From the NCBI GenBank assembly GCA_964234715.1, contig OZ174276.1: a stretch of 64,000 nt of DNA. One strand, given 5' to 3'. The notes beneath the pieces were generated by a model. The model was not told where the DNA came from and ran no database searches. It was given only the letters and a program-made list of their open reading frames with translations. This stretch comes from Podarcis melisellensis. Lineage: Eukaryota. Positions within the stretch are counted from its first letter, which is position 1. Every line of letters begins with the position of its first letter. Positions 25,566 through 37,965 of the stretch are shown one piece after another. The translations under genes and the position numbers were made by a program.

Positions 25566-28500
25566 GCCAACTTGCGTTGGAGAAAGGGTGCCACCCACCT
25601 TTAGCAATTTGAGACAAAACAAAACACTAAGTTCTGCCTTTCGGTTTTTTATATGCTTTTTAAAAAAATCATAAAACATTTTATAAAATAAAACAACGGG
25701 CTTTAAGCACTGGCCTGAGAAACCCAAAGCACTGTAAAAAATAAAAAATATTATCCCCCCCCTTCACCTTAAAGAAATGACACCCTTCTCCCCAGCTGCT
25801 TTTAGGGTCCCTTCAACAGCTGGCAAAATTAAGCAATTTTCTCATTAATTAGCTCCTTTATTAACTAAAACAGTTGAAATTTACAATATCTCTCAATAAA
25901 TTACTATTAGATATTGTGTCATATAAAGTTTACAGGCTCTTTAAGGAGACGAATGAGTCTAACCGCAACAGGCTCATATTTACAGATGATAGGGCGAAAG
26001 AGTTTTTAAATCTCTTCAACATTTCCACCTTTAACAGGGCGGAGTGCGGGGGGCTTCTGCCTCTGCGCCGCCTCCCCCCCCCCATTCTGTTTATTTATTT
26101 ATTTTTTAAAAGCAATCCAACAGCCTAGTTAGGGTGAATTTGTGTGTGTGTGTTTTCTGGGGGGTGGGTGGGTGTGCAAACATTGCCACGGCCAATTTCT
26201 GAGGGCTTTAAAAAAGGAATGATCACCCTTATGAAAATTAGATACATTAAAACAAAGGGAACTGGCGGGGGGGGGCGTCGTTTTATCCGCTCGGCTCACC
26301 TGAAATAACAGTGAGGAGGACGCGTTAGCGGACCTTCAATTAGTACCCACTCAAAGTGGGACGAATCGGTCCTTTCTAAAGCTCTGAGCTAGAGGAAGGA
26401 GGGAGGGAGGGGACCCCGAAAATAAGAGCTGGTTCTGTCTAGGAGAGAGACTGCTGGGGGCGTCCTCTTCAGAAATCCGATATACTGTGTCAGAGAGATC
26501 TCGCTTTGAGAAAGGAACCTTAAAAGGCAATCCCGATTTAGGAATGATCAGAACTAAGCTTCGTGGAGAACAAAGGGGAGAGAGGTTATCTTATGGGAAA
26601 GGGGGGTATATATATATTTATGGGGACTGCATCCCAAGCCGCCACCCCCCCCCCAAAAAAAAGAAGATCGGAGGAATTTTCTCTGCTACCAACTTCCAAG
26701 ACTACAGAATTCGACGACAAATTACCGTAAATACTCAAGTATACGTAAAAACTGATTTGTCGGAGGTCTTGTCGAAGGCACCGAACCCTCGACACCCTAC
26801 CCCATATAAGCAAACCAACATGAGGAATGGACGGCTACATACCTTTATTTTTATTTTTATTTAAACAATAGCAACCTACCCCCTATATTGATGCGCAAAA
26901 CCCCGGTGTTATTGAAATCCCTCGGAATACATTAGCCGGGACTTCCTTTACATTAATGGCTACTCCCCCTTCTCCCGACACGCTCCGTACTTTAGCTCTG
27001 CCAGCTATGTAGGAAGGGGGGAAATCACGTGTTAATCAAATAAACACTTTTCTTTCCTAGTTCTATTAAAGGGCCAGCTCCCTAATACCCCAAATTTCCC
27101 TTCCAACATGCTCCTCATACACCTATGTGTAAGTGGGCATCCTTTTCGGGCAGATACGTACCTTAATGTGAGAGCTTTGTATCCGGCTAAACACTGTTAA
27201 CCCGTCCTTACTTAAGGTTAGTACATTACTGCATTATTATTATTTTAAAAATTCAGGTGCAGTTCCTTGCACTTCTTTGATTTTAAATGGAGATAGTGCA
27301 TATCTCTTGGCGGAGTAAACCGTTTTACAGCCAGGAAGCGCATGATCGCCGCAGATCGAGTATAAATTTGGACCTCTTTTAGGGAAAAAGAATAATCGTT
27401 CTTTGTTTTAATCATTCTACCTTACATTCTCCAGCAGTCTTCGTGGCTTTGTTCTCTTATCGACACCGGAACATTAACTTTAGCCTCGCGGAGACATTTT
27501 AATCCTTCTTTCACTCGCTCTAACAGCGAGGGGAAGAGATAACAATAGTTGTAGAGGCACCGAGGTTTGCCATCCAAGAAGACCGTATCGTTTCTATATT
27601 ATGAGATAACGCCCCACCCTCTCAAGAATAAAGAGAGCGAGCGAGCGAGAAACCCAGATTATTCTCGTTGGCAGCAGGTCTCGAACCATCTTAAAACCCA
27701 AGAATAAAAACCTGGTGGTATCTCTCGGTTTGGCTGCAATCGTGTCCACCGCGAGACCTTTTCAACTCTGGTTGAATTCAGTGGGCTAGAAGCCGGTTGA
27801 CTCTGTCAAGACCGCAGCCCATAACGTCAGGAAAGCAGGTTCACAGGTACACAGCGTGACACCTTGATATATTTCTGGCCGGTTTAACAATGATAAAGCT
27901 TTATTGGTATTATTTTATTTGGAAACACCGCCCCTCCTCATTGCACCCTTTGCAGCGGTTCACACTGGAATAAATGATGTCGGAGGTCCAAAGGAGCCAA
28001 GGGGGGGGGGTGAGTCTCGGTGACGGTGTTTAAAGTCTCCAGGTTTCTGTGATAATCTATTTATTGCCAGTAAGGATGCCCATTTGGGTGGGAAAATAAT
28101 GATGATGATAATAATAATCTGACGGTTATGATTGTCTTTTCTTTTCTTTTTTTTAATCCACCCCGTTTACTTGCAGCAAGAGAATGTAATTACTTTACTG
28201 CGGACCTTAAAATAAAACATTCTAAAGACTCGACTAAGGCTTCTTCATGAATAATTTATATTACTAATTTAGAAGAAGAAGGGGGATATATTCTTTTGGA
28301 GGGAATATACATATCAGACTCCTTCTTGAGGGATTCAGGGATGCGGTTTTCCCCCCAGAGGGACCCAGTTCCATGCATTTCTACGTTCACATCGGATTTC
28401 TTTTTTTTAAATTACTATCACATCAAATACCCTAGCTAGACCTCCCCCCAACCCACACCCCAGACATACAAACATTCTGCAACAGCAGTAGCTATCGAGG

Positions 28501-30642
28501 AAAAAAATTAATACTAACAGGCCTGAAATCTACTATGAAGGCATAACGTTAGGGAGGAGAGAAATGTTTCGAAATTTCCCCCCATCGCCTGTCTTTGATC
28601 TAAAGGCATTTTGGATATTTCTGCAGAACCAGCGGAAAGCTCCCTTAATGATCCTTTGAAAATAGGGTGCTCACAGAAAGTCGAATCCGAGCCGAGATGG
28701 CGCTTGAGCCAGTTCAAGGTCACTGTCTAGTGTATTAAATGGGCTCTACATCTTATGCAAATGACTGTCTTGAAAGAACACCAGCTCTTGCCAGAGGAGA
28801 GAGAAAGGGAGACAGAGAGAAAAAAGACCCTCACTGGGTGGGGGGACAGCTTGCTCTTCCCCGTCGACTCTTTCCGAAGCTTTGTTCCAATGTTATCTTC
28901 AGCATTCTAAGATCTTCAATAAAGTATATATTTCTCTCTCTCTCTCACACACACACTCTCTCTCACACACACTGATTATACTCCCTATGCCCCCAACTTT
29001 TCACTTTCTTTATTTTTAGATTTCTGCTTGCAGCAGCTCTTTACCACTGCCTAAGCTTCTCCCGATTAAAACCCCCGCAAGTTCATATAGTGCCATCCTA
29101 TACCTGATTCCCCAAAATGTTGTTTAAAATTACATTAAAAATGGACTTAGGAAGACCTGGCAGTTGCTGCAAGAAAATACAATTGAACTTAACCTTCTAG
29201 CGGAAAATTCCTTTCCCCAACATAAAAACTATACCGCCTTCTATTTCCCCCGCTTCCTTTTTAACACCCAATTGACATAGTCTCAACTTCTCTTTTGTGA
29301 GTATGTTACCAGGCAAAACCCAAACTCCGCCTGCAGTCCTAATTGAATTGAATAGCCTGATCACTAAAATTAAAATTAAAAAAATAAACAACACCTCAAA
29401 CCATCTACTGACACCGCATGCATTTCATTCCATCCTTGAAAATGTCCTTTTTGAGACTAACAGAATATATTTATTAAGAGTGGACCTTACAAGTGGTCTC
29501 TAAAGGTTGATAAGGACCACCAATGTATATGGAAATTATTCTGTTTTATCTATCTGAGTGTGAAAGCTTGAACAGATCAAATTGGATAGTTCTTATGAAA
29601 TGCAGACGGGGAGAAAAAGATGGAAGGGAGTAATAGAATGAAATAGATACAGCAAAAGAAATGCAGAAAGAGTAAATCCTTTGGAAAGCATATATAAAAT
29701 TAGATTTAAAAGCGTTTTGCATGGACTTTGAAATCAAATTAGAAGTTCCGTCTACAGTCTCTCTCTGTGCATTGAAGAGTTAAATGCTTATGATGCAGCT
29801 ACATTTTCCCCAACACTGCCAGCAGAGGCTATCATTCTCCTGCTGGATTTATGTAAACAACTGCCTGCATCTTCAGTGAAGCAAAAGTATATCCCATAGA
29901 AGGCGAAGACAAAATAATTATAAGGGTTTCCTTTGTTTGGAGGGATGTTTATCTACATCTGTATATCGTCCTGCCTTGCTGTGCAATGTGCTTTTATGGA
30001 GCAGAGAAATCAATTCAATTCTAAATACTTTGAAATAAATCTCCTTGCTCTCAATTGGGCTCACTTCCAAGCAGAAAACTTTGGATCTCAATATCCAAAA
30101 GTTTTCTCAAACTTTTGTTAAAGGGTGACAAAATAAAGCAATCTAAGGCAACTCTCTCTCTCTTATTCTCTCTCTCTCTCTCATAGATCTGTGGATTTAT
30201 GGAACATACTTCACTGGTATGGTGTGCATATCTCATCCTCTTTTATTAATAAAACAATTCTAAATGTAATCTCCTGGACTGAGGGTACGAAGGAAGGAAG
30301 ATGATGAAGAGTACAGTGATTTAGCAACTTACCTCAGCTTATAGCTTGGTGTGAGAGCAAGCTTCCCCCTCCCTCCGTACAAAACAGCAACTTTAAAAAC
30401 TTTAAAAAACAACAACTTCAAGTGCAAGTGATACATGACTAGGAAATGGGAAAATGGAGGAAAGCCTTTTACTATAAAAGCCCATAGTTAAGAAGCTACT
30501 CAAAGCACTAAATACAAAGGAAAGAAAAGGCTAAACCTGGGAAGCTTCCTTTTCAGGCCTTTATTGTTGGTCATTAGGCCGTCTGTCTAGACTTGAAATG
30601 ACACCTTGTTTATCTGTAAACAGAAGCAAGGGACACTTTGGA

Positions 30643-30719
30643 GAAGATCAGCCCCTGAGTTGCTGCTAGAAGATCAAGTCCTGAGTTGTTGCAGGAAGAT
30701 CAAGGCTCTAGCCTTGTTG
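30643..30719. repeat. 26-bp minisatellite, 3 degenerate units
   Basis: GAAGATCA starts at 30643, 30669 and 30695; unit GAAGATCAAGTCCTGAGTTGTTGCAG. Confidence 0.75.
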
Positions 30720-32408
30720 AGTATTATGCACGAAGCTCGTGATGTCAAGGTCAAATAGGCCGCATAGTCACGGTCAAGGCTAGCCCAGCAGTGACGTTAT
30801 AGCGTTCCCAACCAACACCAACGACCAACAAACTTGCTCAGCACAAGGTGGACGGTCCCTGTGCATTCAGGGAGAAATGGGAAGGAAAGGGGAAACAAGA
30901 CCATCTTCCATGTCTGTGAAATCCACTGACAACCCCGCCTCCTAACTCCCCACCCCCAAAAGGTTGAGAATTCTGGGTGCAAATACATTAATTAGATTAC
31001 AAACAGGTTCCAGGCCCACAGCACTGGTCAATTGTACTGGTAGGTTTGTCGGAGGCTAGGCTTCACTTTTTACAATATCTTTTCTCCTTCCTCTTCTTCC
31101 TCACCAATTCTGCCTCCCCAAAGATGGTGAAGGTTGTAGAGACACGAGTGCTTCTTTACGATCACAGGTGCCTGTTAAAGTTTAGAGAAGGAAGGAGAAC
31201 AAGAGGAAGTAAACTTTATACAGCCGTGAGAAAAGGAATGGCGGAAACGGACCTAAGAGGGTACCAACACATGATGCAGAAATATTTTGATTTCCTCGAA
31301 CCCTGGTCTTTAAGGTATCTCTTTTATTTGGGGAAGGATAGAAGGGTGGATAGATGGAAGGAGACAAACAGAGACAGACAAACATATATACAGTACCCAT
31401 AGGAGAGTGCGCGTGTGTGCCTGAGCAGACGCTTTATTCCATGCACTTTTAGTATTTTTATAAAGTTTCTTCATTTGTGTACATTGACTCTTTAGACGTC
31501 CATATTCCCTTGAAGTCAGCAGCCAAAGTGCCTGGTGCTGGTGATTCTGGGACGCACTTCAACGCCCTCAAAATGAATTGTTTCTGGCTTCCTCCACTGA
31601 TCACTTTCATACAACTCTTCTCCGGATTGCGACACTTTTAGGATGCGGTAGGAAGTGAGGTGAGTTCTGGTACAATTCTGCAGCAACGCAATTCTGCAGC
31701 ACCTTAAAAGACACTGTTGCTCAAGCCCTTCGTAGACTCCACTTCTGGAGATACTCTCAAGGGGTCACCTAAGTTGTTATATAGGTAATATACATGGGTA
31801 TATAGAGGTGCCGAGCGAGTTTTACGAAGTGGGTCTCCCAAAGCTAAGAAAACTCGAGGCTAGTCCAAGACACAACACATTTCTATGCCGATCACAGATG
31901 TACATTTAAAATTATTGGGTGTGGGTGTTTAAGTTCAGTAAATATGGGGAGCGAGCGATATAGTAGTACACGAAGATCCGATTCCCATATAGGGGGTACT
32001 ATTGAATGGTATGGAAGATGCCAAGAGTCCTCTCCTGGCTGTAACATCTCGAGTTATTATGAACTCCGAAAGATCAATGAAGCCCCTTTCCAACTAGTCT
32101 GGATCGAACTGATAGAGATTCGGGTTTGAGTGAAGCAGGATGGAGAGAGTTGCCACCCCTCCAATTGCAGGGGCCTGGACCCAGAGATGCTGCCCTGTGT
32201 CCTTCTCAACTTAACCCAAAGCAAAGTGCTCAACAAGATCTGAAGAGGAGCGACGGGATCTGCCAACCTGCTAGTGTGTGAAGTTGGTAGGAGTCGCACC
32301 CCGATCTTCAACATACTTAGGTGGAAGTAAGGGTGCTTTTGAATATATCCTCGAAGTTAACATTAAAGGAAGATACGTTAATCGCAACCCACAGCATGCA
32401 AAGCCTAA

Positions 32409-32765
32409 GGCTGCAATCCTTTGCAAGGTTCGGAGTGAGCCACATGGAAATTCACTGGGGGTTTGCTTCCGAGTAAGCACACATAGAATTGGGTTGCTTA
32501 TTCCTTCAGTCAATGGGTCTGAACTCCCAGTTCATCATTCAAAAGATCATTTATTTTGGAAGGTTTTAGGGGACTAATTTCCCTTTAAATAATTTGCGGA
32601 ATGAAGTGGGCAACAGTTTTAAGAAGAAAACCCGAGTCTGCAGTGGTAGACACGCTTACCTAGGAGTGAGTCCCAGTGAACTCAGTGAGTCTTACTTCTG
32701 AGTAAGACTCTATCTGTTACTTCTGTTACCTATTTGTTACTTCTGAGTAGACATGGATAAATCAG
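32409..32765. repeat. Two family A hairpin elements, the second with local TTACTTCTG duplications
   Basis: GGCTGCAATCC..TTGCTTCCGAGTAAGCACACATAGAATTG (32409-32498). CTTACCTAGGAGTGAGTCCCAGTGAACTCAGTGAGTCTTACTTCTGAGTA (about 32655-32704), with TTACTTCTG repeated twice more before AGTAGACATGGATA. Confidence 0.7.
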
Positions 32766-35281
32766 CTTCAAAAACTCGGGCAGAATATGATCGGCAGCAT
32801 TTAGTGCTGTTGCCCCTCCTGTTAACTTGGAGGGGACGGCGGATAGAAGGGCCATCTAATACGTTTGTAAACCGCTTTGATGTATTTTCTTACAATCTAG
32901 CGGTATATAATCTGTATGTAATAAAGCAAACAAAAATAAATTTCTCCAGGAGCTCAGAGAAACTACAAGAGTTTCGTATTTTGCGGGGGGCGGGGAGGAG
33001 ATGTTTAAATATGGTACATTTTGCTCTCTTTCCCAATTTAAATTCTTTATTTGGCTGTTGATATTGTTTTTAGACAGAAAGCGCTTTCTTTCAGACATAA
33101 GAAGAGGGAACAAGCCGAAAACAATAACCAACTCACAATATGAAGCAATCAAGTCTGTAACTTGAAAGTAACGAGCAGTTCTTATATGCACAACTGAAAC
33201 TGGAATCGTTGGATTTAAGCAGATACACAGTCCGATGTACAGGCCAGCTAAGCTAAAAAAAAAGGGACCTCAGTCGATATTAGTGGAAACTGAAGACAAA
33301 ATGGCGTCGCTATCTCAATATCTAGGCTTAAAGGGGTTGCGAAATCAACTGCTGTACCGCCTGAACGCATTGTACTGACTACATCGCAACTTCATCCCAT
33401 ATAAGTATATTTAGGCTTATTGGCTTGCTCTTAATTCATCAAGTTTAGGTTGGGTCTGCAATCAATTGCTTTTGGGTTTTATCAATAGTAGGTTCAGTTG
33501 CTTAGGTTAAGGGGGTCCAAAAGCATATTATTTGAAAATCAATGGGTCTTGCCTGTAAAAAAAAGTGGGGCGGGGGTACGATCTACTCTAGCTAAACAAC
33601 AGCATAGTTAAATCCCGTGAACTGGCATATTCCTAAAGAGAATCATTTTCAATAGGAATAAAACGGAACTTTTTGATCAATGCATTTAAGATGGAGTTGT
33701 GGGCTTGTGGGAAGAGGGAGAGGTAATGGAACTTCAGTAAGCAGCAATTCAGATACCCTTCCTATTACCCCATAGCGAGACCCTGCTATAAGAACTCTTT
33801 GTCCATGTCCAGGGGTCATAACTGACTAAACTGGGCCAGACGAGACTGAATTCCATATGAGGAGAGTCATGGTTTTCTATCTTAATCGGACTTGACTTGA
33901 ACAGAGCGATATCTTTAGATCTCCCAAACGCAGGAGGGGTTCCTGCCCATATATATTTCCAGATTTTTTATTATCATTGTCAAACCCCAAATCCCAGCTG
34001 AGGTTAGGAAACTTGAACCGATCTATTTTTCACCTTCTACCTGGGTTTAAAAAACAACCGCCAAAGGACTCAACTCGGGTGAATATTTATAGTTTCTATA
34101 TTTAAGACGGGAAGGGTGTGTCCAGTGCATTTCTCTTCGAAACCAGAAAGAGAAGGGGTTGTCTTAAGAGTACTTCTACACCACGTACCAAGAACATGAA
34201 GAAGGCAGAAGCAGGGTGAGGGCTGGGGAAGATCTCAGAAACTTAAGAGTTCACAACAGATTGGATGAGTTGATTTCAGGGCCTATTTGATTTCGGTGGA
34301 GGGGAAATGAGAATCCACCCAGTCTTCTCTTGGCCGTCTTTACTGGTTGTGAGTGTGGTGGACCTCCATAAAATATGGTAGACAATCCATACGCTGTTGA
34401 ATATATGCGATAATTTTATAAGGTTCTGATCATTAGAGGGCATCGAAGAGTCTACTGTGCGTAGGCGGAATGGGTCATATGTTCTTGGGCCTAATTTACA
34501 GAAAGTTAAGCGCCTAATGCCATCATTCTGTGAATACTTCCTTGGAAATGCATTACATTGATATTGGTCAGGCTTTCCTGCTAGTAGTAAACAGAATTAG
34601 GACTTGGATGCAACAAGTTCCGTAAGATTCACATACCCCATTTAACTTACTCTGAACGGTCTTCACATAACAAAGGTTTGGGATATTAGGTACCTAATTA
34701 ACCTGTCGTGCGCCCCCCTTCTTTTTATTAACCGTCCTTTGCACTGCAGACAATGGATCACAACCCGGCAGCGTTGGGGGAGCTTGATCCACATAGAGTT
34801 TTAAGGGAATTGAAAAGTGAGCACAGCAGTACAGTACACAGGATCGTGGGCAGGAAGGGATTCTGTAGGACACGCAACATATTCAAAAAGCATCTTAGGA
34901 TATCTTTAAAAGGTACTCGAATCTACCTTCCTACCTATCTGCCCGCACTTGCTGTCAGCGACGGAACACTCTCAGGACCGGTTGTACGGGACATCGGTGA
35001 CTCCATAGGCACTCAATGTACGTAAAACCAACATTGGCTTAGCCTACATCGCTTTCAAAGCGTTTGCCGCTGACAATTTTACGATGTAATTAATTGGAAC
35101 AAATATTAAGGAGGGTAGGTCTTGCCTAAGGAAACAAAACTAGTAACTACTGAGAGTGGATTTGAGAGATCTTTGGATTTCCAAGGAGCTTTTTTGATCT
35201 GGTACTTCCCTCCTCACTTATTTAATATGCAAGGTTTAGCGCTAACTGAGAGCAGATGCACTTTTGAAAATCAGGACCTTT

Positions 35282-35465
35282 CCAGCTCGACCCTACAGGT
35301 ATTTACTCAGGAATAAATCTCACCGGGTACCACGGGATTTATTCACAAGTAAGAATATAAGAAGATTGGAGCCCTGCTCTGCTGAGCACTCTGGTTGCGA
35401 TCCTATACACCCTAAACAGGGAGCAAATCTCACTGAGCTCAGTGGGACTTACTGCCGAGTAGACC
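35282..35465. repeat. Back-to-back family A hairpin elements
   Basis: TTTACTCAGGAATAAATCTCACCGGGTACCACGGGATTTATTCACAAGTAAG, then GGTTGCGATCCTATACACC..CTCACTGAGCTCAGTGGGACTTACTGCCGAGTAGAC. Confidence 0.7.
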
Positions 35466-36381
35466 GCCTGTCTCTAATTCGAAAATCAGTCCCAGAGTCT
35501 TAAATAGGACGTGTTCCGGAATGAGGACGCACAGAGCTACAACAGTTCTCAGGAGACGGTAGTTGAACTCGTTGAGGCAAAGGAGACCTTTTCAAAATAC
35601 TGTAGAGCTTTCTGTGGCAGGGCAAGGTCGGGTGGTTTACTGGTCCTTCAGCAAAGTAATTTCCCATAAAGATATGAAGTCAAATGCCAGATTGGCTTGC
35701 TAGAGCACCTCTCAATGAGGTGCGCTGCTCCATCTTCTGCGTGTGGCTCCCTTTCCTATCTCATGTCCCAGCTATTCAGTCCGCTATTTGAAACAACCAT
35801 GGAAAGTCTTCTAAGCGCATCTCACAACGTATTCAATACCTCCTATGAAAAAATGTTAAAATATCCACGTTAGTTTCTCTCCCCCCCCCCCATTTCCCTG
35901 CAAATGTTCTCATCGCATCACCTTTATCTCAATAGATTTCAGTCGGCTGTACATGTGAGAAACAGGTTGGGATCCGTATGTGATCTACATATAAGTCACT
36001 CGTCTAAACGTGTGGGGGTTTCTTTAACTAAAAAAAAACAAGCCCCAAAACCCAACAAACCTGGGTTGAAAAACCAACCCAGTTTGCACTGCAAGCCTTC
36101 TCGACGCATGCTTCCCTCCTGGAGTAGTCCTATTGACAACAATGGAATTACTCTTGAGGAAGCAATGTGAGAATCTGGGTTTTCTTTTTTTTCTTTCTTT
36201 CTGGCAAAAGCCGGATTGGACTGTGGATCAGTCTGCGTAAATCTGAGCCTTTCTTAAAAAATGGAGGGGTGGCGGTGATATCAACTCCCCACTTCTCCTA
36301 GTATCAAAAAAAATAAGGTCAGCTAGCCATATGAGTTTTCCGAGGCAGAAAAAAAGGGGAGGGGGGGAAGAAAGAGAGAGA

Positions 36382-36387
36382 TTTATT
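36382..36387 (-). terminator. Candidate HOXC13 polyadenylation signal (AATAAA)
   Basis: First canonical AATAAA I found downstream of the stop, giving a 3'UTR of about 1.2 kb. Preceded by UGUA motifs including TGTATATA (36436-36443). An ATTAAA variant lies at about 37090. Confidence 0.5.
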
Positions 36388-36703
36388 TTTAAGAAATGTA
36401 TTCTGCATTCAGTACATATCATTCGGACACCACATTATATACATATACAAGACATTTTTTTTCTTTTAAAAAATGGATCGTTTTAACATGGAGAAAGAAG
36501 ACTGACTGCTCTTTAGTGACTGATAATGGGGTGAGGGGGGACAACAACAGAGCAACGTCGCGCACTTTCCATACTGTCGATGGAGAATAAACATTCCAGG
36601 CTTTTTGGCGGAAACAAACAAACAAACAACAACAACAACTCAACCTCAGTGAGAACATATTCCAGAAAATTAAAGGTAATAATAATAATAATAATAATAA
36701 TTA

Positions 36704-36823
36704 GAGACACGATCCTCCAGCATTAAGACTTGGAAATCCCATTTATACCCAGACTTGATTCCCTGCCCCCGCTATGAAAATCAAGCCGATCTGGAAGTGG
36801 CTATATTCGGCTGGATCGTGCCC
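36704..36823. repeat. Family B hairpin/MITE element in the putative HOXC13 3'UTR
   Basis: TA|GAGACACGATCCTCC ... CGGCTGGATCGTGCCC|TA. Confidence 0.7.
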
Positions 36824-37570
36824 TAGGAATTACACAGCCACGGTGCCACTTCAAATTCAGAAGTGACTTCAAATTGTTGGCGTGCAATACGGTCTAATAT
36901 CAGGAACACAGCAACAACAAAACATTTAGGGTAGCAGCCTTATTATTATTTTTCATTCATTTTTTTAAGGTCCACGTTTAAAAACAAACAAACAAAAGAA
37001 ATCTAGGATTTCTTCGCTGGATCCGCTGTCAATACCTTCTTCACAGATATATATATATCTATTTCTATATATATATATATATTTATCTATTTAATTATAA
37101 TTATTATTATTTTTACATCATCAGAGACAGAAACAGCCAAAGAAATGGAAAATCTTTGTTCAGCTGCAAGGGGAGAGGCTTGGACTATTATACAGAGCTA
37201 CAAAATAACATTCAGGATTCCAACGTAGCAAATCTACATATTTGTATGTGTGTGTTCTCCCCTCCCCTCTTTCTCCACCCCCCTCCTTGCTAAATGTGCA
37301 CATTGAAAACCATATCAAAATGAATGTTTAAAAAGGGCGACCGGATTCACAGTTCGAGACGGGAATGCAGGGACAAAGTAAACCGAAGATGGCGGTTAAT
37401 ACCCGCCCCCTCCGCCTTGGTGTTTTTAAATGATCAGATTATTCAAAGAGTTCGAATGCGTGTTCTTATTTATACAAATTTACCAGATAAATATTTGTAT
37501 TTGTTTGTTTGTTTCTCTCCCCCTTTCTTTTTAAATTTTATCTTTTTCCCCCTCCGGAGAGATTTCTTTG

Positions 37571-37827
37571 TCAGGTAGCGTGAAGGTGAGGTGTCTTAGA
37601 TTTGCTAACGACTTTTTTCTCTTTCACCCTGCGATTCTGAAACCAGATAGTGACCTGGCGCTCGGAAAGATTAGTGGTCGCCGAAATCCTTCTTCGCTTC
37701 TCTTTGGTAATGAACTTGCTGGCGGCGTATTCCTTTTCTAATTCTTTCAGCTGGATTTTCGTGTAGGGGACTCTTTTCTTTCGACCCCTACGGTAGCTGC
37801 TCACTTCGGGCTGGAGAGGTACCACAT
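37571..37827 (-). CDS. HOXC13: Homeobox protein Hox-C13, coding exon 2 (homeodomain)
   Basis: Acceptor TTTACAG|AT completes Asp. [85 protein letters not shown] is a group-13 homeodomain. Joined CDS 921 nt = 306 aa; intron 37828-40606. Confidence 0.97.
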
Positions 37828-37897
37828 CTGTAAAGATGAGGAGAACAGGAAAGGGGAAAAAAGCAGGAGAGAGAGAACGTGGAAGGAGAGAGAAAGA

Positions 37898-37898
37898 A

Positions 37899-37962
<64 letters not shown>
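37898..37962. repeat. (GA)n microsatellite upstream of the HOXC13 exon 2 acceptor ((CT)n on the sense strand)
   Basis: Visible directly; continuous with the purine-rich plus-strand tract 37835-37900. Confidence 0.95.

Positions 37963-37965
<3 letters not shown>

Noticed and set aside
29812-29835. Further CTCF-like motifs (CCAGCAGAGGCTAT here; CCACCAGAGGTATG at about 51407)
   Set aside because: The 3' half departs from consensus; not supportable without a PWM scan.
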